This document shows positions 47,367-57,928 of a DNA stretch of 64,000 nucleotides, one piece after another; the stretch's first letter is position 1; each line of letters begins with the position of its first letter. The position numbers and the translations under genes were made by a program. Under the pieces are notes generated by a model. It did not search any database, was not told the origin of the DNA, and saw only the letters and a list, made by a program, of their open reading frames with translations. Origin of the DNA: an uncultured Nitrososphaerota archaeon (GTDB taxonomy: Archaea > Thermoproteota > Nitrososphaeria > Nitrososphaerales > Gagatemarchaeaceae); the NCBI GenBank assembly GCA_963838925.1, contig CAWISW010000003.1:448001-512000 (forward strand), in the 5' to 3' direction.

Positions 47367-47789
47367 CTAGGGAGCGACCTTGAGCTTTATGATCCCGCTG
47401 TCGGGCGGGAGGCTCCCGAGACACGCGTAGCATCCCTCGGTCTTGAAGCCCGGCTCGAGCTCTTCGTGAAGCGCGCACAAGGTGTGGTTGAACCTGACGT
47501 AGTCGCAGACCTCGGTCATCAGACGGAGCGCCTCCCGCTGGTCCGGCCTCTCCGATGCCAGCAACTGGGCGACCTGGTCGGCCGCCTTTGCGATGTTCTC
47601 GTCGATCTCGAGGTCTAGCATCATCCCCCTCGCCTTGCGAGCGTAGTTGCTCACGGACGCCTGCGTCACTCCCAGACGAGTGGCGACCTCCTGCTGCGTG
47701 AGGTTGTAGTTCTCGGTGAGCCTCTTCGAGACCATGGCCCTGAAGGCCGGAAGCGCCGATTTCGACACTATCTCGTAGGGATGAATCAA
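47367..47789 (-). CDS. Archaeal XRE-like HTH transcription regulator
   Basis: P.EI....LPAFRA, LTQQEVA..LGVTQASVSNY...RG, C-terminal C/H cluster. Confidence 0.85.
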   Translation of the reverse strand: MIHPYEIVSKSALPAFRAMVSKRLTENYNLTQQEVATRLGVTQASVSNYARKARGMMLDLEIDENIAKAADQVAQLLASERPDQREALRLMTEVCDYVRFNHTLCALHEELEPGFKTEGCYACLGSLPPDSGIIKLKVAP

Positions 47790-47924
47790 GCGAGCTCAAT
47801 ATCAGGCCGTTATATTTAAGTCTGACCGGGTTCTGCGTGGCCCACCCAAGTCGCCCGATGACCAAGCAGAACCGAAGAAAGAAGTCACCACCCTTAAATA
47901 TCAGTGGAGGTCGAAGGGGTATTA

Positions 47925-48008
47925 ATGCAACGCATCAGCAACGGCAGCTCGAGTCTAGGGTCCTTTTCACTCGACAGCATGACGGTTGCGTTGTTAGTTT
48001 TAGTCTAG
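47925..48008 (+). CDS. Putative ilv/leu leader peptide (27 aa, MQRISNGSSSLGSFSLDSMTVALLVLV)
   Basis: ATG 25 nt after CCCTTAAATA (47891-47900); ends GTT GCG TTG TTA GTT TTA GTC TAG; hairpin GCCTCGC/GCGAGGC follows. Confidence 0.65.
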   Translation: MQRISNGSSSLGSFSLDSMTVALLVLV

Positions 48009-48076
48009 CGCCTCGCTCAGAGGTCTTTGCATATGCGAGGCATTACTCGAGGTTTCAATCTTGGTGAATCCATAGA

Positions 48077-49801
48077 ATGACAGAAAAGATGTCCGGCGCG
48101 CGCGCCGCAGTGGAGGCTCTGGAGCGGGAGAAGGTGGAGTACATCTTCGGGATGCCCGGAGGAGCCAACCTTCCGTTCTATGACGCCCTCTGGGATTCGA
48201 AGATCAAGCACGTCCTGGTTAGGCACGAGCAGCTTGCCGCACACATGGCCGACGCCTACGGCAGGGTGTCGAGGAAGGCAGGAGTCTGCTCCGCGACCTC
48301 AGGGCCAGGCGCGACGAACCTGATAACCGGCATCGCGACGGCCTACGCCGACTCCTCCCCGGTCGTTGCGATAACTGGCCAGGTCCCGAAGGCCATGACG
48401 GGCAGGAACGCATTCCAGGAGACCGACATCGTTGGGATAGCGACCCCCGTGACAAAGTACACCCTCCAACCGCTCTCTCCTGCCGAGGTCCCCTTCGCGG
48501 TGAAGGAGGCCTTCTACCTTGCGACCACCGGCAGGCCGGGCCCGGTGCTCCTCGACCTCCCCAAGGACGTACAGCAGGACGAGGCGGAGATGACCTTCCC
48601 CGAAAGCGTCACCGTGCGAGCGTACAGGCCCAACGTCCCCGTCGACGTCCAGGACGTCGAGCGAGCCGCCGCGATGATAGTCAAGTCGGAGAGGCCGATA
48701 TTCTGGGGAGGCGGCGGTGTCAGGATCGCCGACGCCGCGCAGCCCTTCGCGGCCCTCGCAGAGCTGCTGATGGCCCCGGTCATCACGACCCTCCAGGGGA
48801 AGGGCGACTTCCCGGAGGACCACCCGCTCTCCCTCGGACCGATAGGCATGCACGGGCGTGCGGAGGCGAACAGGCTTGTCTCCGAGTGCGACCTCCTGGT
48901 CGCAGTCGGCGTCAGGTTCTCGGACCGCTCCACCGGGAACTTCAACGAGTTCGCCCCGAGCGCCAAGATAATCCACATCGACGCCGACCCCACCGAGTTC
49001 AACAAGAACAGGATGGTGGACCTCTCGATACTCGGCGACGCGAACCAGGTCCTGGCGATGCTCTTCGACGCGGTCGCGAAGAAGCTGGCGAAGAGCAGGG
49101 ACCCGAACAACAACCCGTGGCTCAAGCGCGTGAACGACGTCCGCGAAGAGCTGAAGGGGATCCCCGCCTACAAGGACTCCTACGCGGAGCTGTCAGGGCC
49201 CAAGATCGTCAAGAGGCTGAGGGACATCCTCCCCCCCGACGCGATACTCACTACGGGCGTGGGCAGGCACCAGATGTGGTGCGAGATCCACTACAAGGTC
49301 CTCAGGCCGAGGACCTGGATAACGTCGACCGGGCTCGGGACGATGGGCTTCGGCCTGCCCGCCGCAGTCGGCGCGAAGTTCGCGCAGCCTGACGTGCCGG
49401 TCGTGGACTTCGACGGCGACGGGAGCTTCGTCATGACCGAGCAGGCGCTCGCAACGGCAGTGGAGGAGAGGCTCCCGATAGTCACGGTCATCCTCAACGA
49501 CCGCAGCCTCGGGATGGTCGAGCAGTGGCAGAGGCTCATGTACAACAGGCACTTCATAGGGATCAAGTTCCCCAACGTCCCCGACTTTGTGAAGCTGGCG
49601 GAGGCGTACGGCGCCCACGGAAAGACCGTGGGCTCGCTCGACGAGTTCGCAAAGGCGATGCGCGAGGGGCTCAGGATGGAGGGGCCGACGGTCATCGAGG
49701 TCCCGGTCTCGCCGGAGGAAGACGTCTTCCCCTTCCTCCCCCCAGGCAAGGGCATCAAGGACACGGTCTACGGCTCGTCGAAGGAGATGGCGGTCTTTTG
49801 A
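48077..49801 (+). CDS. ilvB: Acetolactate synthase large subunit
   Basis: FGMPGG, RHEQ, TSGPGATN, FQE.D, GLGTMGFGLP, GDGSF, LGMV.QWQ. Confidence 0.96.
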   Translation: MTEKMSGARAAVEALEREKVEYIFGMPGGANLPFYDALWDSKIKHVLVRHEQLAAHMADAYGRVSRKAGVCSATSGPGATNLITGIATAYADSSPVVAITGQVPKAMTGRNAFQETDIVGIATPVTKYTLQPLSPAEVPFAVKEAFYLATTGRPGPVLLDLPKDVQQDEAEMTFPESVTVRAYRPNVPVDVQDVERAAAMIVKSERPIFWGGGGVRIADAAQPFAALAELLMAPVITTLQGKGDFPEDHPLSLGPIGMHGRAEANRLVSECDLLVAVGVRFSDRSTGNFNEFAPSAKIIHIDADPTEFNKNRMVDLSILGDANQVLAMLFDAVAKKLAKSRDPNNNPWLKRVNDVREELKGIPAYKDSYAELSGPKIVKRLRDILPPDAILTTGVGRHQMWCEIHYKVLRPRTWITSTGLGTMGFGLPAAVGAKFAQPDVPVVDFDGDGSFVMTEQALATAVEERLPIVTVILNDRSLGMVEQWQRLMYNRHFIGIKFPNVPDFVKLAEAYGAHGKTVGSLDEFAKAMREGLRMEGPTVIEVPVSPEEDVFPFLPPGKGIKDTVYGSSKEMAVF

Positions 49802-50283
49802 CCAGGTCGTCTAAGGTCCTCTCGACGCTGGTCGAGAACAAGCCTGGGACTCTGTTCCGCGTGGTCCACCTCGTAAGGCTGATGCGCCTCAACGTCGAGG
49901 GGCTCACGCTGGGCGTCACCAACGGAGGGGCGGACTGCAGGATGACCATGACCCTGAGCGGAGACGACGCCGCCATCGAGCACGTCGCAAAGCAGCTCAT
50001 GAAGGTCATCGACATCCTCGAGGCCCACACCTACGGGCCAGAGGAGGTCACCGCGAGGGAGCTCGCGCTGGTAAAGATCAACACGGACAAGATCTCCGTC
50101 GCAGAGATACAGAGGAACACAGGCTGCAGGATCGTCGACTCTTCCAAGCACTCGGTGGTCGCCGAGATTGTCGGTTCCGCCAAGCAGATCGACGAGTTCG
50201 TGGAGAGGCTCGGGGAGTCCAACGTCCTCGACATCGCGAGGACGGGGGTCGCGGCGCTGCCCAAGGAGACGACGTCGCGATGA
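49798..50283 (+). CDS. ilvN: Acetolactate synthase regulatory subunit
   Basis: LVENKPG.L.RV ACT domain, RELALVK, IARTG; TTGA overlap. Confidence 0.92.
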   Translation: MTRSSKVLSTLVENKPGTLFRVVHLVRLMRLNVEGLTLGVTNGGADCRMTMTLSGDDAAIEHVAKQLMKVIDILEAHTYGPEEVTARELALVKINTDKISVAEIQRNTGCRIVDSSKHSVVAEIVGSAKQIDEFVERLGESNVLDIARTGVAALPKETTSR

Positions 50284-51839
50284 CAGAGAGGATAATCCGG
50301 GTCCTGGACACCACTCTCAGGGACGGCGAGCAGACTCCCGGAGTCTCCCTGACCCCAGACGAGAAGCTCGAGATAGCGGAGGCGCTGGACAGACTGGGGG
50401 TCGACGTCATCGAGGCGGGGTTCCCGATAACATCCAAGGGCGAGCAGGAGGGCGTCCGGAGGATAGCGAGGGCTGGCCTCAAGGCCGAGGTCTCCGGCCT
50501 CGCGAGGGCAGAGAAGGTCGACATAGACACGGCCATCAACTGCGGGGTCAAGGGCGTCCACGTCTTCCTGGCGTCCTCGGACATCCACCTCCAGCACAAG
50601 CTCCACATCACCAGGGAACAGATGCTGAAGCAGTCGGCAGACATGGTCAGGTACGCCAAGAGCTTCGGCGTAAAGGTCGAGTTCTCGGCGGAGGACGCCA
50701 CGCGGACCGAGATCCCGTTCTTCAAGCAGGTCGTCAAGGCCGTCACCGACGCTGGAATCGACCGGTTCGACATCCCAGACACAGTAGGGATAGCCACGCC
50801 CCAGAAGATGGCGGAGTACGTCCAGGCGGCGCGCTCTGTCTCGGACGTGATGATCAGCGTCCACTGCCACAACGACTACGGCCTCGCGGTCGCCAACAGC
50901 CTGGCCGGAGTGGTGGCCGGGGCGGACCAGGCGCACCTGACGATCAACGGCATCGGGGAGAGGTCGGGGAACACGTCCCTCGAGGAGTTCGTGATGGGCT
51001 GCTTCAACCTCTACGCGCTGAGGACCAACGTCAACTACTCGCTGCTCTACGAGACCTCGCGCCTCGTCTCGAGGCTGACGGGGGTAGTCATCCAGCCCAA
51101 CAAGGCGATAATCGGGGACAACGCGTTCGGGCACGAGTCGGGCATCCACACCCACGGCATACTGAGCAACCCCTCCACCTACGAGCCCTTCGACCCATCG
51201 ATGGTCGGCAGGACCAGGTGGCTGCAGGCGGGCAAGCACGCGGGGAGGCATGGGATCGCCTACCAGCTGCGGGGTATGGGGCTGAAGCCCAAGGAGGACA
51301 GCCTCAGGCTGATAGTGGAGAAGGTCAAGGAGATGGGCGACCAGGGGCGGAGCATAACCGACAGCGACCTCTACCAGCTCGCCATCCAGATAATGGGCGG
51401 AGGCAAGGCCGAGTCCGCGGAGATCGTCGAGCTCGAAGGGCTCGAGGTGGTCACCGGGATAAAGCGCCTCCCCAGCGCGACCGTCAAGCTGCTCATCAGG
51501 GGCCAGCTCCACGAGGCGACGGACGTGGGCTCGGGCCCGGTGGACGCAGCTGTCAACGCCATCCAGAAGATATTCAGCACCATCGACGTCATCAAGCTCA
51601 AGGAGTACAGGCTCGAGGCGCTCACGGGCGACGCCCAAGCGGTGGCCGACGTCTCGGTCAAGGTCGAGGACAGCACCGGCCTCACGGCCTCCGGGAGGGG
51701 GATGAAGAGGGACATCGTGGTGGCGAGCGTCGAGGCCATAGTCAGCGGGATAAACGCCCTGATGGCCAAGAAGCTGCAGTCCCAGCCCGCGGCTTCCATC
51801 TCTCCGCAAGGCGAGCAGAAGCCCATCGAGGGCATCTAA
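50280..51839 (+). CDS. leuA: 2-isopropylmalate synthase (or citramalate synthase)
   Basis: [35 protein letters not shown] regulatory domain. Confidence 0.88.
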   Translation: MTERIIRVLDTTLRDGEQTPGVSLTPDEKLEIAEALDRLGVDVIEAGFPITSKGEQEGVRRIARAGLKAEVSGLARAEKVDIDTAINCGVKGVHVFLASSDIHLQHKLHITREQMLKQSADMVRYAKSFGVKVEFSAEDATRTEIPFFKQVVKAVTDAGIDRFDIPDTVGIATPQKMAEYVQAARSVSDVMISVHCHNDYGLAVANSLAGVVAGADQAHLTINGIGERSGNTSLEEFVMGCFNLYALRTNVNYSLLYETSRLVSRLTGVVIQPNKAIIGDNAFGHESGIHTHGILSNPSTYEPFDPSMVGRTRWLQAGKHAGRHGIAYQLRGMGLKPKEDSLRLIVEKVKEMGDQGRSITDSDLYQLAIQIMGGGKAESAEIVELEGLEVVTGIKRLPSATVKLLIRGQLHEATDVGSGPVDAAVNAIQKIFSTIDVIKLKEYRLEALTGDAQAVADVSVKVEDSTGLTASGRGMKRDIVVASVEAIVSGINALMAKKLQSQPAASISPQGEQKPIEGI

Positions 51840-51854
51840 GGGAGAGCGAGGGAC

Positions 51855-53183
51855 ATGCCAGGCGCGACAATCTCAGAGAAGATAGTCTCACGCGCGATGG
51901 GGAGGAAGGCGAGGGCGGGCGACCTCATCGAGGCCCTCCCGGTCGACAAGCTCTACTTCAACGAGGTCATCGGGCCGCCAGCCATACTCAACTTCGAGAA
52001 GGACTTCGAGGACGTCTACACCGAGTCGGGCAAGAAGATGCAGGTCTTCAACCCCTCGCGCATCGCGTTCATGCCCGACCACACGGTCCCGTCGTGCTCG
52101 ATCAAGGTGAGCCAGGGCATCCGCCTCATGTCCGACTTCGCGAATGACCAGGGGATAGCCATGTACAAGGAGGGCGACGGCATCGAGCACACCATCGCCT
52201 CCGAGGAGGCGTTCGTCCTTCCGGGAGAGATAGCGGTGGCGACGGACTCCCACACGTGCACCCAGGGGGCGCTCGGCGCGCTGGCGTTCGGGATAGGGAC
52301 CACCGAGGGGGAGAACCTCCTCGCGACGGGCGAGCTCTACTCGTTCACCGTCCCCGAGACGATAAAGTTCAAGGTCAGCGGCAACTTCCAGAGGGGCGTC
52401 TACGCGAAGGACCTCGTCCTCCACGTCCTGGGGATGATGGGCGAGGGGGGAGCCTCCAAGCGCGTCGCCGAGTACACCGGGCCCACCATCGACTCGCTCG
52501 ACATGGAGGGCAGGTTCACAATCTGCAACCTCTCCGTCGAGATGAGCGCCAGGACCGCTATCATCAACCCGGACGAGAAGACCCTCGCCTACGTCGGCGA
52601 GGCGCTCGCCCGAAGGAAGATGACGATGACCGACGAGATCCGCGGGATGATGGCGAGGAGCGACCCCGACGCCATCTACGCAGAGTCGGTGGACGTCGAC
52701 GCCTCCTCGGTCGAGCCGACGGTCTCGCTCCCACACTCGCCCGCGAACGCCAAGCCGGTCAGCCAGGTGAGCGACCCGATCGACACGGTCTTCCTCGGCT
52801 CGTGCGCCAACGCGCGAGAGGCCGACCTCGCCATCGCGGCGAAGATCCTGAAGGGCAGGAAGGTCAGCCCGAAGACGAACCTCCTGGTCATCCCGGCCAG
52901 CAGGCGCGTGTACAACTGGGCGATGGACAACGGCCTGCTGAAGGTCTTCGCGGACGCAGGCGCAAACATCGAGTCCTCGAACTGCGGCCCCTGCTTCGGC
53001 AAGCACATGGGCATACTCGCCCCAGGCGACAGGTGCCTGAGCACCAGCAACCGCAACTACAAGGGAAGGATGGGCTCGCCCGAGGCCTACATCTACCTGG
53101 GCTCCCCCGCGCTCGCAGCGGCGACCGCGATAGAAGGGAGGATCGCCGACCCGAGGAAGTACCTGCCTGCCGGAGGGACCTAG
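51855..53183 (+). CDS. leuC: 3-isopropylmalate dehydratase large subunit
   Basis: DH, DSHTCT.GA, GSCAN, CGPC.G, STSNRNY.GRMG. Confidence 0.92.
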   Translation: MPGATISEKIVSRAMGRKARAGDLIEALPVDKLYFNEVIGPPAILNFEKDFEDVYTESGKKMQVFNPSRIAFMPDHTVPSCSIKVSQGIRLMSDFANDQGIAMYKEGDGIEHTIASEEAFVLPGEIAVATDSHTCTQGALGALAFGIGTTEGENLLATGELYSFTVPETIKFKVSGNFQRGVYAKDLVLHVLGMMGEGGASKRVAEYTGPTIDSLDMEGRFTICNLSVEMSARTAIINPDEKTLAYVGEALARRKMTMTDEIRGMMARSDPDAIYAESVDVDASSVEPTVSLPHSPANAKPVSQVSDPIDTVFLGSCANAREADLAIAAKILKGRKVSPKTNLLVIPASRRVYNWAMDNGLLKVFADAGANIESSNCGPCFGKHMGILAPGDRCLSTSNRNYKGRMGSPEAYIYLGSPALAAATAIEGRIADPRKYLPAGGT

Positions 53184-53185
53184 CG

Positions 53186-53719
53186 ATGCAGATGAGGGGT
53201 AAGGTAGCCAAGAGGTTCGGGGACGACATCAACACCGACTACATCATCCCCGCGTACCTCCTCCAGGAGAGTTGGGACAAGCAGTTCTTCGCCGACCATG
53301 CGTTCGAGGGGTACGACCCCACCTTTGGCGCGGCGTGCAGGGCTAACAAGGAGAGCATAGTCGTTGGCGCGAACAACTTCGGCTGCGGCAGCTCGAGGGA
53401 GCAGGCCGTCTACGCCATCAAGTACAACAACGTCTTGGCCGTGGTCGCCCAGAGCTTCCCGGACATCTTCTTCCGCAACTGCCTCAACAACGGGCTGCTG
53501 CCAATCCAGATCAATGACACCAGCGGGATCTCAATCGGGGACGAGCTCGTGGTCGACCTCGACTCCCGGAGTCTGAGGGACGACACCTTAGGGGTTGCCT
53601 ATCCCATCATCGCGACCGACGCGGCGATAGAGACGATGAAGAGGGGCGGCTTCCTGGGCTTCGTCCGGGAGAGGCTCCGGCAGAAGCTAAAAGCAGAGCC
53701 GATGAAGGCCCCGTCCTAG
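53186..53719 (+). CDS. leuD: 3-isopropylmalate dehydratase small subunit
   Basis: GDDINTD.IIP, NFGCGSSREQA, IFFRN..NNG. Confidence 0.93.
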   Translation: MQMRGKVAKRFGDDINTDYIIPAYLLQESWDKQFFADHAFEGYDPTFGAACRANKESIVVGANNFGCGSSREQAVYAIKYNNVLAVVAQSFPDIFFRNCLNNGLLPIQINDTSGISIGDELVVDLDSRSLRDDTLGVAYPIIATDAAIETMKRGGFLGFVRERLRQKLKAEPMKAPS

Positions 53720-53726
53720 TAGCAGG

Positions 53727-54785
53727 TTGTCGCGACAACAGCCCCGCCTCAAGTCGAAGCAGAAGCAATATTCCATCGCGCTGATCAAAGGCGACGGCGT
53801 CGGCCCAGAGATATCCGAGTCGTCGCTCCTCGTCCTCGACGCGCTGCACGACAAGCTCGGACTTGGCTTCTCGGTGAAGGAGTCGCCTGCGGGGGACAAC
53901 TGCAGGATGAAGACGGGCGTCCCGCTCCCAGAGGCTTCCCTGAAGATCATACGCTCCTCAGACGCGTGCCTGAAGGCACCTGTGGGCGAGACCGCAGCAG
54001 ACGTGATAGTGAAGCTCAGGCAGATGCTCGACCTCTACGCGAACGTGAGGCCGGCCAAGAGCCTCCCCAACGTCCCCTCGCTGAAGCCGGGGATAGACAT
54101 GGTGATCGTGCGCGAGAACACGGAGGACCTCTACAAGGGCCAGGAGTTCGAGTTCGACGGAGGCGTGGTCGCCCTAAGGACGATTACCAGGTCTGCGTCC
54201 GAGAGGATCGCAGAGTACGCCTTCGAGGCGGCAGAACTACGCGCGGGGGCACGAAAGGTTGTAGCCGTGCACAAGTCCAACGTCCTCAGGAAGAGCGACG
54301 GCCTGTTTGCGCAGGTTTGCAGGGATGTTTCCAAGTCGCACCCGAAGATAACCTTCAGCGAGATGCTGGTCGACGCGGCGGCGATGAACCTCATACGGGA
54401 CCCCGCATCGTTCGACGTCATCGTCACCACGAACCTCTACGGCGACATCCTCTCCGACGAGGCTGCCCAGCTGGTGGGGGGGCTCGGGATGACGCCCTCC
54501 GCCAACATAGGCAAGGACTTCGCCCTCTTCGAGCCGGTCCACGGGGCCGCCCCCGACATCGCAGGGAAGGGCGTGGCAAACCCAGTGGCGATGATCCTCA
54601 CTGTGGGGATGATGCTCGACTGGCTCGCGAAGACCCGCCAGGACAAGGCTTGCGCTGCGGGGGCCGTCGCCATCCGGACGGCCGTCAACCGGGTCCTTGA
54701 GACGAGCACCAGGACCCCCGACCTGGGCGGGAAGGCGACCACGAAGCAGGTCGGAGAGGCGGTCGCCGCAGCGATAAGTAAATAG
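53727..54785 (+). CDS. leuB: 3-isopropylmalate dehydrogenase
   Basis: GDGVGPE, RENTED.Y, HKSN, NLYGDILSD, EPVHGAAPDIAG. Confidence 0.88.
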   Translation: MSRQQPRLKSKQKQYSIALIKGDGVGPEISESSLLVLDALHDKLGLGFSVKESPAGDNCRMKTGVPLPEASLKIIRSSDACLKAPVGETAADVIVKLRQMLDLYANVRPAKSLPNVPSLKPGIDMVIVRENTEDLYKGQEFEFDGGVVALRTITRSASERIAEYAFEAAELRAGARKVVAVHKSNVLRKSDGLFAQVCRDVSKSHPKITFSEMLVDAAAMNLIRDPASFDVIVTTNLYGDILSDEAAQLVGGLGMTPSANIGKDFALFEPVHGAAPDIAGKGVANPVAMILTVGMMLDWLAKTRQDKACAAGAVAIRTAVNRVLETSTRTPDLGGKATTKQVGEAVAAAISK

Positions 54786-54837
54786 GCAAGTAGGGGTATC
54801 CTAACTATCTTCGGAGTAAGAGGCAGAGACTATAGCG

Positions 54838-55791
54838 ATGCAGCCGACGAAGAAGATATGGTTCGACGGGGCGTTTGTCCCCTGGGAGGACGCCAACGTG
54901 CACGTCCTCACCCACGCCTTACACTACGGTTACGCTATCTTCGAGGGCATCAGGGCGAACTCGACGCCAAAGGGACCGGCGGTGTTCCGCCTGCGCGAGC
55001 ACATCAAGCGCCTCATGAACGGGACCAAGGCCTACAGGATGAAGCTCCCCTTCACCGAGGACGAGCTCGTGCAGGGGTGCCTCGACCTCGTCAAGGTCAA
55101 CGGCCTCAGCGAGTGCTACATCCGCCCGATAGTCTTCAGCTCATACGGTGAGATGGGGGTGAACCCGATGAAGAACAAGATCTCGGGCGCCATCGCCGCG
55201 TGGGAGTGGGGCTCATACCTGGGCGACGAGGGGATGGAGAAGGGCATCAGGGCCACGATATCGAGCTGGGCGAGGATCGACCCGAGGACGCTGCCTCCCC
55301 ACGCCAAGTGCTCCGCTAACTACGCGAACTCGATACTCGCCAAGATGGACGCGCTATCCGCGGGGTTCGACGAGGCGATTCTGCTCACTGTCAACGGGCT
55401 GGTGGCCGAGGGCACCGGGGAGAACATCTTCCGCATCAGGGACGGCGTGCTCACAACACCGACGAAGTCCGCCGGCGTCCTGGAGGGAATAACAAGGGAC
55501 TCGGTCATCCAGATTGCAAAGGACAACGGCATCCCGTTCAAGGAGGAGGACTTCATCCGAGAAGACGTCTTCTCGGCTGACGAGCTCTTCCTCTGCGGCA
55601 CGGCGGCGAACGTCACGCCGATTAGGGAGGTGGACAACCGGACGATAGGCAACGGGAGCTTCCCCATCACGAGGAAGATCCAAGAGGCCTACCTCAGCGC
55701 CATCCACGGCAAGACGCAAAAGTACGAGTCATGGCTGTCCTACGCGAGCCTGCCTCCCATCTACAACAGATCCTCTTCCGAGAAGGTTTAA
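54838..55791 (+). CDS. ilvE: Branched-chain amino acid aminotransferase
   Basis: HALHYG..IFEGIR, YIRP, AK..ANY, EG.GEN.F, LEGITR, GTAA. Confidence 0.96.
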   Translation: MQPTKKIWFDGAFVPWEDANVHVLTHALHYGYAIFEGIRANSTPKGPAVFRLREHIKRLMNGTKAYRMKLPFTEDELVQGCLDLVKVNGLSECYIRPIVFSSYGEMGVNPMKNKISGAIAAWEWGSYLGDEGMEKGIRATISSWARIDPRTLPPHAKCSANYANSILAKMDALSAGFDEAILLTVNGLVAEGTGENIFRIRDGVLTTPTKSAGVLEGITRDSVIQIAKDNGIPFKEEDFIREDVFSADELFLCGTAANVTPIREVDNRTIGNGSFPITRKIQEAYLSAIHGKTQKYESWLSYASLPPIYNRSSSEKV

Positions 55792-55827
55792 GCGGAAGAT
55801 TTTCGGCTCCGGCAACGGAATAGCTGC

Positions 55828-57230
55828 TTGTCGAGAGAAGCAGACGTCGTGGTCATCGGCGGAGGCCCGGGGGCTATGTCTGCGCCATCAGGGCAGCCCA
55901 GCTCGGGCTGAAGACAGTCCTCGTTGAGAGAGACCAGCTGGGCGGAGTTTGTGTCGCAATGGGCTGCATCCCCTCCAAGGCGCTGATTACCATGGCAAAG
56001 CTCTACGAGAGGGCGAAGGAGGGCGCGAGCTTCGGGATAGTCGCCGACGGCATCAGGGTCGACCTGCCGGCCCTCCAAAAGTGGAAGGCGGGCGTCGTCT
56101 CGACGCTCGAGACGGGGGTCGCGACCCTCTGCCGAGGCAACAAGGTCGAGGTCATCGAGGGGAGCGCGGAGGTCATCGACGCGAAGAGGGTCAAGGTGAT
56201 GACCAGCTCGGGGACCGAGGAGATCAAGACGAAGAACCTGGTGATAGCGACAGGCTCGCGAGCCATATCCCTGCCCGGATTGGAGTTCGACGGGGCGCTC
56301 GTCCTCAGCTCCATGGAGGCGCTCGCGCTGGAGAAGGTCCCGGAGAGCATCTTGGTGGTGGGCGGGGGGTACATCGGCCTCGAGATTTGCGGGGTCTACC
56401 AGAAGCTCGGCAGCAAGGTCACGATAGTGGAGCTCACCGACCAGCTTCTCCCGGGCACCGAGCCCGACCTCGTGAGGCTCCCCCAGAGGAATCTCGAAAG
56501 GAAGGGGGCGAAGGTCCTGCTAAAGTCGAAGGTCCTCTCGCTCGAGAAGCGCGGGGGCGCGGTCAAGGCCCGAGTCTCAACACCCAGCGGAGAGGTCATC
56601 GTGGAGGCGAGCGTCGCGCTCGTCAGCGTCGGGAGGGAGCCGCTGACCGCTGAGATGAACCTCGTGGGAATCGGGGTGAAGACCGACGCCAAGGGCTACA
56701 TCGTCACCGACGAGAGGATGAAGACGAGCGCGGAGGGGGTCTACGCCATCGGGGACGTGCGGGGGCAGCCCCTTCTCGCCCACAAGGCGATGAAGGAAGG
56801 CGCCGTGGCAGCGGAGGTCATCGCTGGCCTGCCTAGCGCCGCCGACTGGAAGACCGTCCCCTGGGCGATCTTCACCGATCCGGAGATCGCCGGCGTCGGG
56901 CTCACGGAGAAGGCGGCGGTGGAGGCCGGTCTGCAGGTCAAGAGGAGCCGATTCTCGTTCGGCGCCCTGGGGCGCGCTCTAGCCGCAGGCGAGGGGGAGG
57001 GATTCGTCAGGATCGTCTCCGACGCGAAGACGGGCCTTGTCCTCGGAGTGCAGATCGTCGGGCCAGACGCCTCCAACCTCATCAGCGAGGCGGCCCTCGC
57101 GATAGAGATGGGGGCCACAGTCGAAGACATCGCGCTCACCATCCATCCTCACCCGACCCTGCCCGAAGCCATCATGGAGGCCGCCGAGGTCGCGGCGGGC
57201 AGGCCCATCCACCAGATGAAGGGGCTGTAG
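55828..57230 (+). CDS. lpdA: Dihydrolipoamide dehydrogenase with apparent 1-nt deletion in G run at 55869-55873
   Basis: TTG..DVVVIGGGPG in one frame, then GYVCAIRAAQLG..GGVCVAMGCIPSK..HPHPTLPE in the ORF-track frame; G6 would restore the frame. Confidence 0.9.
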
Positions 57231-57890
57231 TTGACGACCCTCACGCTGCTCGACCGCGGTCGGGAACCGTACCAGGCCACTTGGGAGCTGCAGAAGGACC
57301 TTGTCAGGAGACGGACACAAGGTGAGACCGACGTGGACGCCCTCATCCTAGTGGAGCACGACCACGTCATCACCCTAGGGAGGAAGACCACTGTCGAGAA
57401 CTTCAAGCCCCAGGACATCCCCGTCTTCCAGGTGGAGAGGGGCGGCGACGCCACATACCACGGCCCCGGCCAGCTCGTGGGCTACCCTATCATCAGGCTC
57501 TCGACGCCAAACGTCCAGCGCTTCGTCCGCGACCTCGAGGAGGTGCTCATCCAAGCGACCGGGAGCTTCGGAATCGAGGGAGCCCGCGTTGAGGGCCATC
57601 CAGGGGTGTGGGTGGGCGGGCGCAAGGTCGCATCCATCGGCGTCGCCGTGACCAACTGGGTCACCTACCATGGCTTCGCCCTGAACGTCAACACCGACCT
57701 CTCCTACTTCGCCCTCATCAAGCCCTGCGGCTTGGACCCAGAAAAGTTGACTTCGATGAAGAAGATCCTCGGGAAAGACGTCTCTTTCGACGAGGTCAAG
57801 AGGGTGGTCGTCGCGAAGTTCACAGGCGTGTTCGGGTACGGCCCTCCCCAGGTCACGACGGGAAAAGCGCTCTCCGCACCTCAAGCCTGA
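57231..57890 (+). CDS. lipB: Octanoyltransferase
   Basis: EH..V.TLGR, RGG.ATYHGPGQLVGYP, KVASIG, HGFALN, PCG. Confidence 0.95.
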   Translation: MTTLTLLDRGREPYQATWELQKDLVRRRTQGETDVDALILVEHDHVITLGRKTTVENFKPQDIPVFQVERGGDATYHGPGQLVGYPIIRLSTPNVQRFVRDLEEVLIQATGSFGIEGARVEGHPGVWVGGRKVASIGVAVTNWVTYHGFALNVNTDLSYFALIKPCGLDPEKLTSMKKILGKDVSFDEVKRVVVAKFTGVFGYGPPQVTTGKALSAPQA

Positions 57891-57928
57891 GCAAAGATTA
57901 AGAAGCGGAGTCTGCGCGCGAGTTTTTT

